A stretch of 64,000 nt of DNA from Moniliella sp. 'wahieum' (GCA_003971905.1 RSEE01000001.1:1-64000), one strand, 5' to 3'; positions 24,373-37,995 are shown, counted from the first letter of the stretch. Notes: a model not told the origin generated them from the sequence alone. Numbers and translations are program-made.

Positions 24373-26804
24373 TCATAACCCCAATGCTACTCCTGCTGTA
24401 CCTCTCCACCGCTGTGTATGCAACTCTTCAGACACAATTTCGTTCTCCTCTGTATTGGGGGCATGGTTTGGATGAAAGGGCAGGGTGCAAAACCCGGAAA
24501 GAAAGTGGGGAGAAGTGGTGATTCTCCTTGGGCGGGACGGGCTACTCGTGGGGGGGCACAAAGGCCGCACAATGCCGAGCCCATGTTCTTGTTGCGCCAA
24601 TCGCAGGACCTCTTCCAGGGAACCAATCCATCGTGGTCTTGATCCAACTTAGCCGTGAGCTTATCCAGTTCTTCTTCGGGCGGGGCATGCTTGATAAGCC
24701 TAAGTGCCTGTGCCAGGTCTTTGACCGATACTTTACCCGTCGGACTGGCTTGGATGACATGCAAGCGGGTACCCACGTCGCGATCGTACGCTTCCAGTTG
24801 TTTGTCAATCTGCGCCACCATCTTGGCCACCCGCTTGGCCACCCGCTTGGCCACCGTGCGCGCTGCCAGCGTCGTCTTGGGCTTTGGAGAGGCAGGTTCG
24901 GTGTCCGTAGAGACGGAATCCTCCTCTGGGATGTGCCGTACACCTGTTCGAGCGCCTTCCGCCTTGATCTCCTGTTGAACCGCATGCATCTCAATCGACG
25001 CGGCAGCCAAAAGACTGGAAGAAGGGGCCGCCGCATTGGATGCGGCCGCAGCCACGCGAGCCAGGTCGAGCTCACCATCGGCTTCCGGGTCCAAGAATGC
25101 ATCGGCCGACGCGCCAGACAGTGATTCCGTGTCCCGGACCAACCGGTTGAGCTCCTCCCGTTCGCGAATGACTGAACTTTTGGCAGAAAGCAGGCTGAGC
25201 GCTTCGCCCAGCTCGGCCAGCTGTTCCTGCGTCAGGTGGATGGTCTCATCCGCTTCCGACGGGGGCGGTGGAGTGGCGGACGTAGTGGCGCCGTCTCCAC
25301 CTGAGAAGAGGGTGGGGAAGAGGGAGTGATTGCTGGAGCAGGTACACTGAGGGCGGGTATGCTAGGAGAGGAGGTAGGTTCGGCCGCTGACTGTTCATCC
25401 TGAGTGGTGGTGACGTTCTTCTTTCCTCTTCGGCCTCGCGCGCTTGTTTCTCTCCTCCTTTTCTTGCTGGGCCTCATCATGAATGAGCTCCTCCTGTTCC
25501 TTGAGCACCTCGAGACGTTCCTTGTTGGTGGCCGATGCTGGGTCAACCCGGATCTCTGCCTCGTTCAGCACCGTGTCTGGAAGCGAGGCTAGAGTCAACT
25601 CTAACGCCTTGATCGCTGGCGAAAGGGTGGATGTCTTTCGGTCTCGACCCGGTCTCGGTACTGGGCAAGCCTTGAAGAGTAAAGGCCTTGCTGAGCAAGA
25701 GAAGCGTGCCACTGATCCGTTCCTTGAGATGCAGGTTGATCCACTGATCCAGGTCACGCAGCATCGCTTCCCGACCAAAGTGAACGGTGGCCAAGCCGCC
25801 TCGGTCGAGCACCGCCTTGCGCAGCTCTTCGTCCGACAAGGTCTCGGTGCCCTCGGAGGCAAGCACCATGTCGTCTTGGCGAATGGTGGTGAGCTTGGTA
25901 CGGATTTGAAAGCGGAGGTAGGTGTCGGTGCCAAAAGCGTGGATTTGCATGTAGCGAGTGAGGGAGTTGAGTTGGGCGCGCGAAAGGTTGTCGAGCGTCA
26001 TGTCGTCGTCAAACACTTGGCTACGCGGATCACATCCTGCTGCGACGGTTCTTCGCCCGTTGAGCGCACTTTGCGGAAAAATTCACGGAACACGGCCTTG
26101 CCTTCACGCGAAGTGTCGCCCTGCATTGCTAGTCCGCCATGTTCAAGGGAAGCATGGAGGAACTTGGCCATCTCGAGCCGGACCTTGATCAGTCTCCGTC
26201 GCTTCTCCTCCACTGCAAACTTGGACTCAAACGTAGAGGGAAGCATGTTGGGAAACCTTGATCGCTACTGGCAGCAACAGCTCGGCAAACGGCACAATGA
26301 CAAACGGTACAAACGGGATCAGGCGCAGCAAGTCGGCAAACGTTCGTCGCAGTTGACGATGCTCTCGCCGACTCAAGCCATACCCGAGCACAACCCTCCG
26401 CACCAGACGAGCACTAATCCGAATCTCTTCTTTCCCAGCAACTGGTGCCATTCCAGTAATGCGCTGCCTCGTCCTGATCCCCTTCCAAGCCCGCTTCATC
26501 AGCGGCGGTTTCTTGTGCACCTTGGAATCAGGGGGGAGAGGAACAGGAGCCTGCTTTTCCTTGCCGTCCGACGAACTTTGGTTGTTCGGAACTGAATCTC
26601 CTGCCTTGGACACGGCGGTGCTGTGAAGCGACCGGGCAAGGAGGCCCACCGGGGCTCCCACCAGGACCGGGGGGCGCGCGGCGGACGCCGGTGCGCAGAC
26701 GCGGGCACGGGCGAGGACAAGGGTGGAGGAGCAATGCCAGGGGCTGCGGGACCGAGGGGCGGGCGGGGCCGCAGCAGCGGTGTGCTCCACATGGGCCGCA
26801 GCAT
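24373..26804 (-). CDS. MDM38: LETM1/Mdm38/Ylh47 mitochondrial inner-membrane protein
   Basis: GYGLSRREHRQLRRTFADLLRLIPFVPFVIVPFAELLLPVAIK.FPNMLPSTFESK, FDDDMTLDNLSRAQL, FGTDTYLRFQIR, NKERLEVLKEQEELI, and a C-terminal EF-hand-like KLDQDHDGLV. The stop position is uncertain because of frameshifts. Confidence 0.9.
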
Positions 26805-27657
26805 CGGAGGGGAGGGGAAAGAAGAATCGGTAGAGGTGGAGGTGGAGGTGCTGAGTCGTGGGAGCGAGGGGACGGTTTGGCTGAGCGCTGGCTGAAAGTA
26901 ACGTGAGAGCTTCAACGCTTAAGCGCTGGCGCGCTGACGATTAAGCTGATTAAGTGCTGGGTTGTGCTCAGATCCAGACTTGAGGTCAAGCTTGAGGCTT
27001 GAAGCTTGAAGCTTGAAGATGTAACGCGGCTAACGTTTAACGTTTAACCGAACCTGTGTACTCCAACGGAGTGCTGACGCTTGGGCGCCTCTTTTGAGAT
27101 CTGAAACTGGGACCGATGAAATCCACATTGGGTACTACCCGTCCCATCCCGTCCCTTCCCATCCGGCCCTTCGCCCGCCAAAGCCGGGCAATCGTCCCAC
27201 TGTCCATGTCGTTGATCACAACATCAACTATTGCCATGGTCTGGCAGCCGGTGGCGTCGCCAACGTCCAACCCTCAAGATTCTGCTAACCCCTTAACCCT
27301 TAGGCTACCCCTTCGAATGCGTGCATCCGACCTCCCGAGCAAAAACGGAGGAATCGATTGGAGGGTAGCGCGTGAATAAAAAAATGAAAGTGCAGGGCCA
27401 GCCGGCCAAAGCGAGGCATGTCATCACGTCATGTCGTGCGCGAGGGGAGCGAAAGGAGAGGCAGAGCGGTCCAAAGGATAGCCCAGGTGGGAACAAGTAG
27501 GTAGACCAGGAAGTAGACCAATAGGTAGCCACACAAAACGAAGGGAGCGTGCGTAGAGGGGGGGGGGGGGGGGGGGTAAAGAGAACAGGAGAACGTAGCA
27601 GCTGCCACAACCCATAACCAGTCTGTCCATCTCGGGACGAAGAAAGCAGCGAAGCAC

Positions 27658-30600
27658 TCACAGTGTCGCGGACCTTTCCCCGTTCTCGGCTCTCAATGCC
27701 CCGTGGCCCTGCGACGAAAGATCGAGGCCAAAAGGCGACGTTTGGGCGTCGAGGCCGTGGGTCAGGCAAGGGCAGCATGTCCATCGCGGGTCCACCCCGC
27801 CGGGCGCGGGGAACACCTCGGGCCCTGGGATGGACGGGGCCGACTTGGTGCCCGACGCACCAGCACCAGCACCGTCACCTACTGGTCCTGAGGACCGACC
27901 CGGGTGGGGAACCAAGGCGGTGGATCGGTGCTCGTCGTTGGGGGGCGGAGATAGGGACGGAGACAGGGGAGTCAGGGTGCAAGTGAGAGTGGGAGTGGGA
28001 GTGCTTGAGCGAAGCCAAGGGACGTAAGGAGCGTTGGGGCAGGCGTGTGTCGCTGTGAGAGCGAGGGGGGTACGGTGGTGCGTCGGCCTGGGCGGGGGAG
28101 GGGCATCGGACGACGCGCCGTTCGTTCCGCCCAGCGATGGGATGGCGGTCGAAGAGGAGAGGGCGAGCGATGGGCTGGGTGGATGGGGAGGTGTGGTGGT
28201 ATGGGTCAAGGTACCCGTCCCATAGGGGAGGGGAAAGGTGGCCGTGTGCTTATTGGGCCGGGCCTGGGTGGGAGGAAAGCGGGTGGTACGGGATGGGGCA
28301 AAGGAGAGCTGCTGTTTCCCGTCCAGGAAAGGTGGGAAGGGTGGGGAGACGTCGGGTGGGGGTGGGTGTAGAGTGCCGGATCAAGGTACGTGTTGGGCAG
28401 TCCAAGCCGGCTGGCTGCGTCCCCAGTGGGTGGGTCTGGTCCGGTGGGAAGCGCGATGCTCGGAGGAGGATAGGGCGGGGGGTCGAGGTGGCGCGTGGGC
28501 GGTAGCTTGCGGCGGCCGGATGGCAGGGGCAGGCGAGGCGTACGCCTGCTCCGGCTTGGAAGGCGGCGGGTCGGCCCGCTGGGTGGCGGAAGAGTACTCG
28601 GCAAGAAAGTTGCTCGCCCAAAGCGACAGTTCGAGCGCCGTGAGAGGTTGCTGTTTGTGCTGCGTCGAGAGCGCATGGAGGGAAGCCCCGGACAAGAGGT
28701 CGGGGAGGGTGCCTCCCGGCCCAACTTCCAGAAACGGATGGCGCGCCTCTTCCTGCACACTCCCCGACGGGCCGGTGCGCAGCATGGAAGTACTGGCGTG
28801 GGCGCGCGGATGGGGAAGGCGCTCCATGGGGCCAGTGCTGATGTTGTCAGTGGGTTCGTCCTGCGGCGCAGGCTGGCGACTCTGGGACGCCGAGGTGGCG
28901 CGTCGTCGCCCAGGCCGCATCGCAAACAACTCGGGGTCCACCCATTCGCGCGAAGAGGAGAAGGGATCGTCACGGTTATACTCGGGGGTAGTCATGCCGC
29001 TTGTCAACCCCATGGGGGCGGGAGTGGGGGCGGATGGGCGAGAAACCGACGATGGATGGATGACATAGGTCGGGCCAATCATCGACGAAAAGGAGGTCGA
29101 AGGACGACGCGACAGTCCCACGCCACCGCCTGACGAAGGTTGGTGACCAAAGGTTGTTGGGGTGGATCGGCGCATGCGGAGGTCGGACCACGATGCCCGG
29201 GCGGACAAGTCATGCCCACTGTGCGACATGGGCAAGTTCGGGGCTGAAGGGACCCCCCGTAGCGTCCGGAACGCCGCGCCTCTTGGTTGGGACGCAAGGG
29301 GACGCAAAGGCGAGGATTGGGAGAATGTCTGTTGGTCGTTGGGTTGGAACCCCAGCTGAGAACGGAATGGATGGTTTCCTTTTTCTATCCCCCTCCCCTT
29401 TCGGTACGCTTCCTCCTCCTCCTCTTCTTCCTCTTCCTCGACGGGATGAGCCAGGACGCCTCCAACCCCCCTCGGGTGTGGAGGCAGGGCCGAGAGGGAG
29501 TACCCTCGTGGTCGGCTCGCCATCTGGCTCGAGCGAAGATCGGAAGAGGAATGAGGTCGGTTCAAGGTACGGGGAGACCGGTCCGAGTGGTCGGTCCGAG
29601 TGGCGGCCGCCGAGAGGGAGGGGCTTCGATAGAGACGCGGAGTGGCCCGTCGTTCGGGGGTAGCAAACACATCGGGAGAGAAGAGCAGTGCCTCGAGTTC
29701 CGGGGTTTGAGGGGTTCCGCCCTGTGCTCGCAACGAGTACGATACCCGAGATTGCGGTGGGGAGGAGGAGGGCAACGCATTGAGTTCATGGGATGGTGAC
29801 AGGGGGGAAGGAGTAGGCTTGCCCGGCGTCGCACGCGGTGTCGCGACAGGAGACGATGTTAAGGAAGAAGACGAGGGGAAGATCCTGAGGTGCGGGGGTA
29901 TAGCATGGGTTACGCCAGTTCCCGTGGTAATACACGTATCTGCCTCTGATACCGTGCTGAGGCGAGAGGAGGAGTGGGTCGGTCGAAGTAGTTTTCCTGC
30001 GGATGTGGGGAAGCGAGTCGGACCTTGATCCACTTGGTCGAGTTCCTCTTGCTCCGTCCGTGTCGGGCAAGACGCCAGCCGCCTCAAACGAGGAAACAGC
30101 AGCACGAGAACCTGGAACCTGCTTTGGTGCTGCCTGCGCATGCACACCCAAGACGTGTAGCTTGGCGTCGATATCAGAGCCATGGGTGGATTGGGAAGGA
30201 AGACTGCGCGTGTCGTTGGTACAGGGACCGGGATCAGGAGGCCCAGCCGTTGCTGCCTGGGCACACACTCCCACTTGCCCCGTGTCGCTTTTAGGGAGAG
30301 GAGTAAACCGACATTGGGTGGGGGTACGAGGATGCCAGTAGAAAGCGTCAAGTCACTGTGGCCTCCATCCGAATCATAGGCCCAAGGCCGCTTTGCTCCG
30401 CGGATCCGCCGCGCTCGCTGCCGCGGGCTGGTCTTACTCGACGAGGTGGGAGATTCGCCGCAGGGCAAGCCAGGCGTGCGAGGGGAAAGGAGGGAGGAGG
30501 AAGCAACAGTGGAAGTACCAATGGAAGTAGGACGAGCGTCGCGCGAAGCAAGCGAGGGAGGAAAGGATGTGTCCGAGGGAAAGCTGCTGGGCGTCGGCAT

Positions 30601-31540
30601 CCTGCGTTTCTGCATGGTGGTAGCCGTGTGTCCCGGGCGAATGGGCGGTGGCCGGGCGGGCGGATCGCGGGAGGGCGAGGGCGAGGGCAGTGGTATGACT
30701 GTCGCGCGTTCGGTAAACGGATCATCGTGGGTCTCGCCCAGCTCCCCATCGCGCTTGGGGGTTACACTAGACCGGGCCGAGGCACGTTCGAGCGAGCTCT
30801 CGTGGTATCGGTCCCTCGCATGGCGAGCTGGAGCCGGTGTGTCGTCTGTTGGTTTGCTGTTGGGACTGCTCAAGCCGGATGGGGAGGTGGCATCCCGCGG
30901 GAGGACGATCATGTCCCAGCGATTGGTAGCCTGAACTTGAAGCTAGACAGAGGAGAGGGGCAGGCGAGACGGGTTAGGATTGGAGCGCAAGTGAGGCAGG
31001 AAAGCGCAAGCGCAAACACAACGTACCGCGCGACTGTGCTGGGCCAGCCGGTCCGCAGTCAGGGCATACGTGGGGGCAACGCGGTGCACAGCGACCTTGC
31101 CGCCAGCGAGCAATTTGAACTGGGGCGAGGCCGAGTCGGGGGCGGAAGAGGCCATCTGGCGAGCCTCGATCTCAGCCTCGACCTGCAGCGCCTCGAAAAG
31201 TCATGGTCCGACGCGCGCGCCCAGGCATGTTGGCCATAGACGTCGACGGTGGCCAGTTCGGCGGCGCGCTCGGCGCAGTCAGGGCAGTCGGGATGGGCAG
31301 AAGGGCGTTGGGTGGGGAGCAGGGGCGGAGGCGGGTGGGGGGGCGAGGGGGGGCGAGCGTCCAAGGGCTGGGCGGTGGCAAAGGTGTCTGCGCTGGAGGA
31401 GCTGGAGCGATGGGGGTGGTGCATGAGCTTGTGGTGGAGGGGGGGCGGACAAAGGAGAGCTGAGATGTGAGAGCGGAGACTGCGATGGCACAAACGCTTG
31501 CCCCAACCGCGGCGGGGCCAGGGATGAAGGGCGGCAAGGC
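27658..31540 (-). CDS. Large Ser/Pro/Arg-rich hypothetical protein (mostly low complexity)
   Basis: An 843-codon open stretch (28381-30912) plus flanking in-register fragments. The N-terminal part contains HPDCPDC...YGQHAW. No family was recognised and both ends are approximate. Confidence 0.55.
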
Positions 31541-33692
31541 GAGGAGGGCAGTGGCGGGCAGTGGCGCAGACAGAATGGAGGGCAGAAGACAGAGAACGGA
31601 GAACGGAGGCCTGCGATGGGATTCCTGCCGATGGTCAAGGTGCGATGGGGATGATGAGGATGATGGGGAGGATGAGGATGATGGGGATGATGGGGATGAT
31701 GTCGAGTAGGTGGCTCCTTGCTGGCTACGCGTTGCGAGGGCTCTACCTTGCTAGGTACTCGGACCTGGTGACTTGAAGCTGGAGGTGACGGTGACTACGT
31801 GACTATGTGACTACGCGACTACGCGACTAGGCGACCAGCCTGACGTTTGTTTGCACGTACAAACGGCTGCCCGAAAAGACGCCGCCTCGGCGGTGCTAGT
31901 GATTAGTCCTGAATGTGAATAGTGTTCGCTGTGTTGGGTTGTGTTCCGCGGGGAGCAGCGCAATCGATGTCCCACACACCAAAGACGCCTTGCCTCAGCG
32001 CCTCAGCACTCAGCCAGCCTCAGCGTCTCAACCTGCTGCCTCAGCGGGTCCACTACACTGATGTACTGGGTACTGCGTCCTGGTCCTGATGCACTGATGG
32101 ACAACCCACAAGGCCCAAGACACTCCACGTGTGGGAAGGCGTCTCTTCTGTCTCTGCGCTGCCCTGGGCCTCCCGTACACAGACTGAGTACTGATCGATG
32201 ATCGACAAACCAGACCACAATGCCCCACATCTCCTCTGCGCGCCCAGGCTGGCCGCCAGCACGCGATCGGAGGCTGCCCGCCAGCACAGACGCAACGCGT
32301 GGCATGTGTGGCTGGTGTTGCTTTGAGCTTTGGCCGCCGATCCAACGCCCAACGTCCAACGTCCAACGTCCACCGCCCACCGTCCACGTGCTCCACGGGC
32401 ACGGCCAGTGTCCCATTGAGCCTGTCGCAGCACGCATCCTGCGCATCGTGCCCACGCTCTCCCGCAAGTCCGCCGTTAAACGTTAAAAAAACGCGGCCCG
32501 CCAGCTCCTGCCGCCGCTTGGTTGCCATCGCGGCCCCAATCCCCGGTCAGGTCACGCTGATCACCTGTTGCCGCCAGACAGCCCAGGCGCTGGCTGCGCA
32601 GTTGCACCTGGAAGATGCTTCCGAAGCGCAGTGGACACTGGCCCCCTGCCACCCGTGCGCGGCGTGGCATGGCACATGCCGTGGCGCTCTGCTGCGCTCG
32701 GCTGCCCTCCCGCGCCCCCGAGCGCCCTGCTCCACACAGCATGGCGCCAGTGTTGCGTATCTCTCCCCCCTCTGCAATCTGCAATCTGCAATCGATAATC
32801 GACAATCCGTAATCGACAATCTCCCCTTTTGGTCCGGAGCAGGGCCAGTTTCAATATCAGATCCCCTCGGCCGTATCGCATAACGCGTAACGCGTAACGC
32901 CTACGACGAGCCACGGGGATCGACGGTCCGCTTGGCTTTTTTCTCGGACGGGTGGAACAGCAGAGGCCCCAGGAGCAGTCTGTCAGATCTCAGAGACGGA
33001 GGGGACAAGCACCAGGTCGTTCGTGGGAGGAAACAGCGAGCCAGCGGGCAGGCAACGAGTGCAAAAGATGGAAGAGCGACGTAAGCCAAAAGCCAAAAGC
33101 CAGGCCAACCCGTCGTCCATCCACATTCCACGAGCATCACCTGCATCACCCCCATCACAAGCCAACAGCACACTATTACGACAGAAGGCAGACTAGCCAT
33201 ATGATTGTCGTGGGCAAGACGCCTGTCACCATGTCACCCACATTTCACAAGAACGCCACAGCGAGAGAACGTTTGTCACCTGTTTGCTCCTCATCTGCAA
33301 CATCGATCTCTTCGCCAGCAGGAGTATACATGCAGGTTGCGAGGTGTATTACTTGTATCTGAGAAAACCGAGTACAGAGGATAGGTTTTGATCGTCACAC
33401 GTTGAATGAGGCCTGGACAGGTTAGAGACGATGAGGGGTCTCCTAGATCCGAAAACCTTTTATACACGCTGCTGTTGGAGGTTAACCGAGAGCAGCCATG
33501 ATGGGAAGTATACTACCCGCTCCACCTCTGGCCTAGTCCTCGGCCCCCCTTTCGCCCTGCGACACGAACCGGTGGGGGTACGGCATTCTCTCCGTGACGA
33601 AAGACACTTGGTACGCAAGTACTATGTAAGGATCGATCAATCTGCCACCCGTCTTCGTTCCGTCTGCCGCTGCGCTACTCGACCTGTGCCAT

Positions 33693-35365
33693 TCAGAGCA
33701 AGCCGAACCACAGTGCCGGCTGTTCGAGCAACTGTTTCCAGCGCAGCACGAATCCGGCCAACTCGGCGCCGGTCACCACGCGATGGTCTCCGGTGAACGA
33801 CACGGGCAAGACCAAGCGGCGCACCAGCTGCTCTTGTTCATCTTCTTCGTGTCTCTTTCCCGTGGCGGTTGGGCGTGTTTTTGGGTGGCTGGGACGCGGG
33901 CGCTGGCTGGCAGTTGGTCGCGGTACCGTGGCAGCCAACGCGCCCGGCCCACGGCGCCAATCACCAACTGACCCGTGGGCGGGAGCACGGGGAACAGGCC
34001 CAGTCCGCCGCCCATGGAACCAATGTTGGAGAGCGTAACTGTGCCCGTTAGGCCCAGTTCCGCCGGACCCAACTTGCCTGCCCGCCCACGCTCTGTCACG
34101 CCTGCGATCCGGCCCGCCAGCGCATACACACTGTCCTTCTCCACCTGGGTCAGGGTCGGGGTCAAGAGGCCCGCCGGGGTGGCCACGGCAATGGACACGT
34201 CGTGCGTCGTGCGCTGGTGCAGCGTTGCGGCGCCGTCGGTGGTGTGCAGGGTGGAGCGGAAGAGAGGGTGTTCAGCCATGGTGAGCGACAGAGCCTTAAG
34301 TAGCAGCGGTAGCATCGTCACTTTTTCTACCCCGGCCTCTTTCCACCCGGCGGCACGGCCGAGCTGAGCTGCTGCCGCACCTGTTCCAGTTCCGTCACGT
34401 CCACCTCTTCCGAGAAACCAAAGTGCGGGATGGACAGGGACTGGGTCATGGCCTTGAACATGGCCCGGCGCAGTCCCGCGATGGGCACGGCCATCTCGGT
34501 AGACGCGTGCGGCTCAGCTGGTTCCGATGGTGCAGGCGTAGCAGCAGGCACGGACCGGGAGCTCTGCTCGAGGTACCGCAGCACATCCTCCTTCATCACC
34601 CGCCCTTGCTTGCCACTGCCCTCGACGTGGCCCAGGTCCAGCCCATGTTCGCGCGACAGCCGCCGAACCGCAGGCGTAGCCAACACCTTGTCCTGCGACC
34701 GCACCGCACCCTCGTCCTGCCCTGCCACTGTCGTCGCAGCCGGCGCTGCCTCCACCTCACCCGCTCGATCCGTCTCGGGGGGCAGGGGTGGTTGGGTCCC
34801 CCCCCTCCGCCTCCTCACCGGCTCCATCGTCGGCGATGTCAATTTGGCACAGGGGCGTGCCGACTTTGGCGACGGCGCCCTCGGCATAGTCCAGCTGGGT
34901 GACTTTGCCACTGAACCGACTGGTAATCTCGACGGACGCCTTGTCGCTCTGCACCTCACAGACCATGTCAAACTCCTCGACTACGTCTCCCGGTTGGACG
35001 TGCCTGCGCAGGGGGGGGGGGGGAGTCAGGGCCGGATCGGGTGGGCATCGGCACAACCGAGGGGAAGGAGGACTCACCACTTGATAATCTCGCACTCGGT
35101 TATGCCTTCTCCCACATCGGCAAGAAGAAAGGGCACGGTCTTGGGGGCGAGCGAGGTGGTGTGCAGGGCGCGGCGCGGACCGAAGCCCGGCGGGGAGACG
35201 AAGGGGGTGGAACGCGTCGCCAGGCAAGACGGAAGGCTGCGCTGCGGCGCCGCGGGCGAGAGACGGGAGATGCTGAGGGGGGCCGCAGGCAACAGGGACG
35301 CGCACCGGGGCGCAGCAAGAAGCGGCGGGAGCGAGGCGGGCCGGCGCAACCGCAGCCGGAGACAT
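33693..35365 (-). CDS. DBT: Dihydrolipoamide branched-chain acyltransferase (BCKDH E2); intron 35004-35077
   Basis: Lipoyl domain FLLADVGEGITECEIIKW|HVQPGDVVEEFDMVCEVQSDKASVEITSRFSG, E3-binding VLATPAVRRLSRE, and catalytic domain IPHFGFSEEVDVT, TLSNIGSMGG, DHRVV.G. Confidence 0.92.
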
Positions 35366-35846
35366 CGTACAGGAAGCGGGGAGGGGGAGGGGGGATGCGC
35401 GTGGCCATCGGCTACGATGTGCAGACGAGGCCTTTTAAAGCAGAGGAGGCCTGGAGCGGCTGCCCCACCAGCAGCGGTGCCGGGGCGGCTTTGGGGCATG
35501 GGCATCACCCGAGCCCCGAGAATAGCCGCGCTGGCCTGCGGGGCTCCGCACTCCGCCTCCGACTCAGTCAGTACTCATGTGGCCTCGGTTGGAATTGCAA
35601 CTTTCCCATTCCGCGCCCTCATCCGCCGTCGGCTGCTTCGCTCCTCGCGTCGGCCAGCAGCGGCCTCGTCATCCGCCATCCCCCCCCAGAAACAAAACCC
35701 CCACTCCTCTCGACGCCCGAGGCGGGGAGAGAAGATGGGCAGCCCAATACAGAGGGCGGCCAGTGCACCCAACGTCCAGCATCCCATCTTCTTTTCAAAC
35801 GAGGAGCAGTCATGACCCATTGAGGCACTGCGGACTGCAGGCTCGA

Positions 35847-37449
35847 TCATTGATTTTTTGTGCACGCTATGAATACATGACACCCATGCACCGATGAAGC
35901 ATGTTTAGCACTTAGGTTGGGCAGCATGGGCCCCCACGCGGCCCAAGCCTCTGGCCTTGGCTCGCCCCCCGTTGCCACAGGTTGCAGAAGGATACGGTCT
36001 TGGTTGGGGCCAAAGTAGCCTTGGTGCGCCCAGGCGATCAGATCGGCGCCAGAAAACGGCCCAAACACTTGCACCTCCGCCGCGCCCGATTCGGCCAGGT
36101 AGGCAGGCGAGTAGCGGTAGACGTACTGCTGGCTGGGCGACAGCCCGTCTTGTTCCGAAGCGGGCGCCTGCAGCGGATCTTGGGCCAGTGTCTTCGCCTT
36201 CTCTTCCTCCTCCTCCTGCTTCTCCTCCTCCTCCTTGTCCTTTTCCTTTTCCCTTGCTGGATCCCACTCGGCATCAACAACTTTGGCGCGCCGAGCCGCA
36301 CGCAGCAGAGCTTCGTACGTCTCGTCGTAGATGGCAGTCAAACCGTGCTCGGACATGAGGATGGAGGCAAAAGAGGTGACCTTGTCTAATGCGTCCTTGG
36401 CGGCCTTGGCTTGCGCCGCATTTTCCCCTTGATCCGACTGGTCGGATGGAGCTTCTGGTCGCTTGGCCTTGGACTGCTTGCCGCGTATCCTGGAGCGCGG
36501 GTGAGCTTCCTTTCCCAGTCGATGAACGGCCTCCATAACAGATTCCCCTCGGAGCAGGTACTCGGCCAAATGCGCCTTGAGAGCCGGCATACTCAACTTC
36601 TCCTCCGGTAGGGCGTGATGGAGATCGTGCTGGCGCTTGAGCTGGGCTTGGCGCGCTTGCTTGATGGCCTTGCGATTGTAGTTGCCTTGAAGCCAAGAGT
36701 CCTGCTCGGCATGAGGATCTTTGGCATTTTCAATGTAGTTGCCCTCGAGGTCAAACCGGCCTTGTTCAAACTCGTTCTTCATGTTAAACTGGTCCATCTT
36801 ATACCCCATGCCCTTTTTGCGCTTGGCACGTTGCCGCTTCGACAGGCCGCGGTAGGGATTGTCCTCATCGTGGGACCAGTCGTTATCGTTGGTCTCGCCT
36901 TCCCGCTCCGCCGCCCCGGCTGGCTCCAGCTTTCCGCCACCAGGTTGCGGGGAACGGGGGTCCTCCTCCTCTTCGCTGCTTTCCAGTTCAAATTCCGGAT
37001 CCACCTCACGCAGAAACTCCTCCTCGCTCACTTCCTTCTCATCTGGGTCGCCCTCGCGATCGGGCGCGCGTGTGGGCGCATCAAACTCTTGCTCCGACAC
37101 ATCCTCCAACTCGAGATAGTCCTTTTTTCGAGGCTTCTTTGGCGCAGCCTTGTCCTCGCCAAACATATCCTCATCCGAGTCCTCTTCCCCGGCCTGTTCC
37201 TCATTCCCATCACCCTCTTCCGCATCGGAATCGGACAGATCGGTGACCAGACGCCCACGACGGCCTTGCTGCCCCGCTTGCGAGCTTGTTCCTCCATGCC
37301 CAAGTCGCCAGTGTAGTCGTCATCGTCGTCATTGGGTTGCGGCCCAGGCGCGGGCCGCACGGGGGACGGGAGCGCCTGGGCGGCGAAGCGCAAGCGCTTG
37401 GCCGCTTCGGACTTGGTGGTCTGGGACGCGGCAGGTCGCTTGGGGGCAT
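35847..37449 (-). CDS. LIN1: U5 snRNP protein Lin1/Snu40/CD2BP2 (GYF domain)
   Basis: MDQFNMKNEFEQGRFDLEGNYIE, DSWL, LLRGESVMEAVHRLG, IYDETYE, and the GYF domain VFGPFSGADLIAWAHQGYF. Confidence 0.85.
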
Positions 37450-37995
37450 GGATGGCGTGCAGACAGCGAGAGGGGATGGCTCCTGGTGGGGCTGTCTTCC
37501 GTCTCGCCCTTTCTGGGGGGCTGCCAGATCCACGCCCGGTGCGAATGGCCTGCGGTTACGTCATCGGCTACGAGCGGAGGGGATGAAAGTTTCACGAGGC
37601 GGCGGCGCTTGGCTGTGGCCGCTCATTAATGGCGGCGGCTGAGACGCAGGCTGAGTACGGGGGCGAGTGCTGCCGAGTGCTGGGCTGCGACTCAGCAGCG
37701 CGAGGGCGGGGTAAATCGAGCTGGAACACACACACGTGACCACCCAGGCACGGCGCCAGCCACCCAGCGGCGGTGGCCGCCACACAAGGCGAGCGCGCGC
37801 CGGCCAGTGGGCTGCTGTGCTGGCTGGCTGGCATGTCTGCGTGGTTGGTATGTTGTCTGTCGCTGGTCTCGCTGCCCCCACCACCTTCTCTTTCTCTTCT
37901 CGCTTGCTCCTTCTGCTTCTCCACCACCACCATCTCTTCTCCCCCCCATGGCCCAGCTCGCCACCTGGGCCTCCCCCCGCGCCACGCAGCCGACA

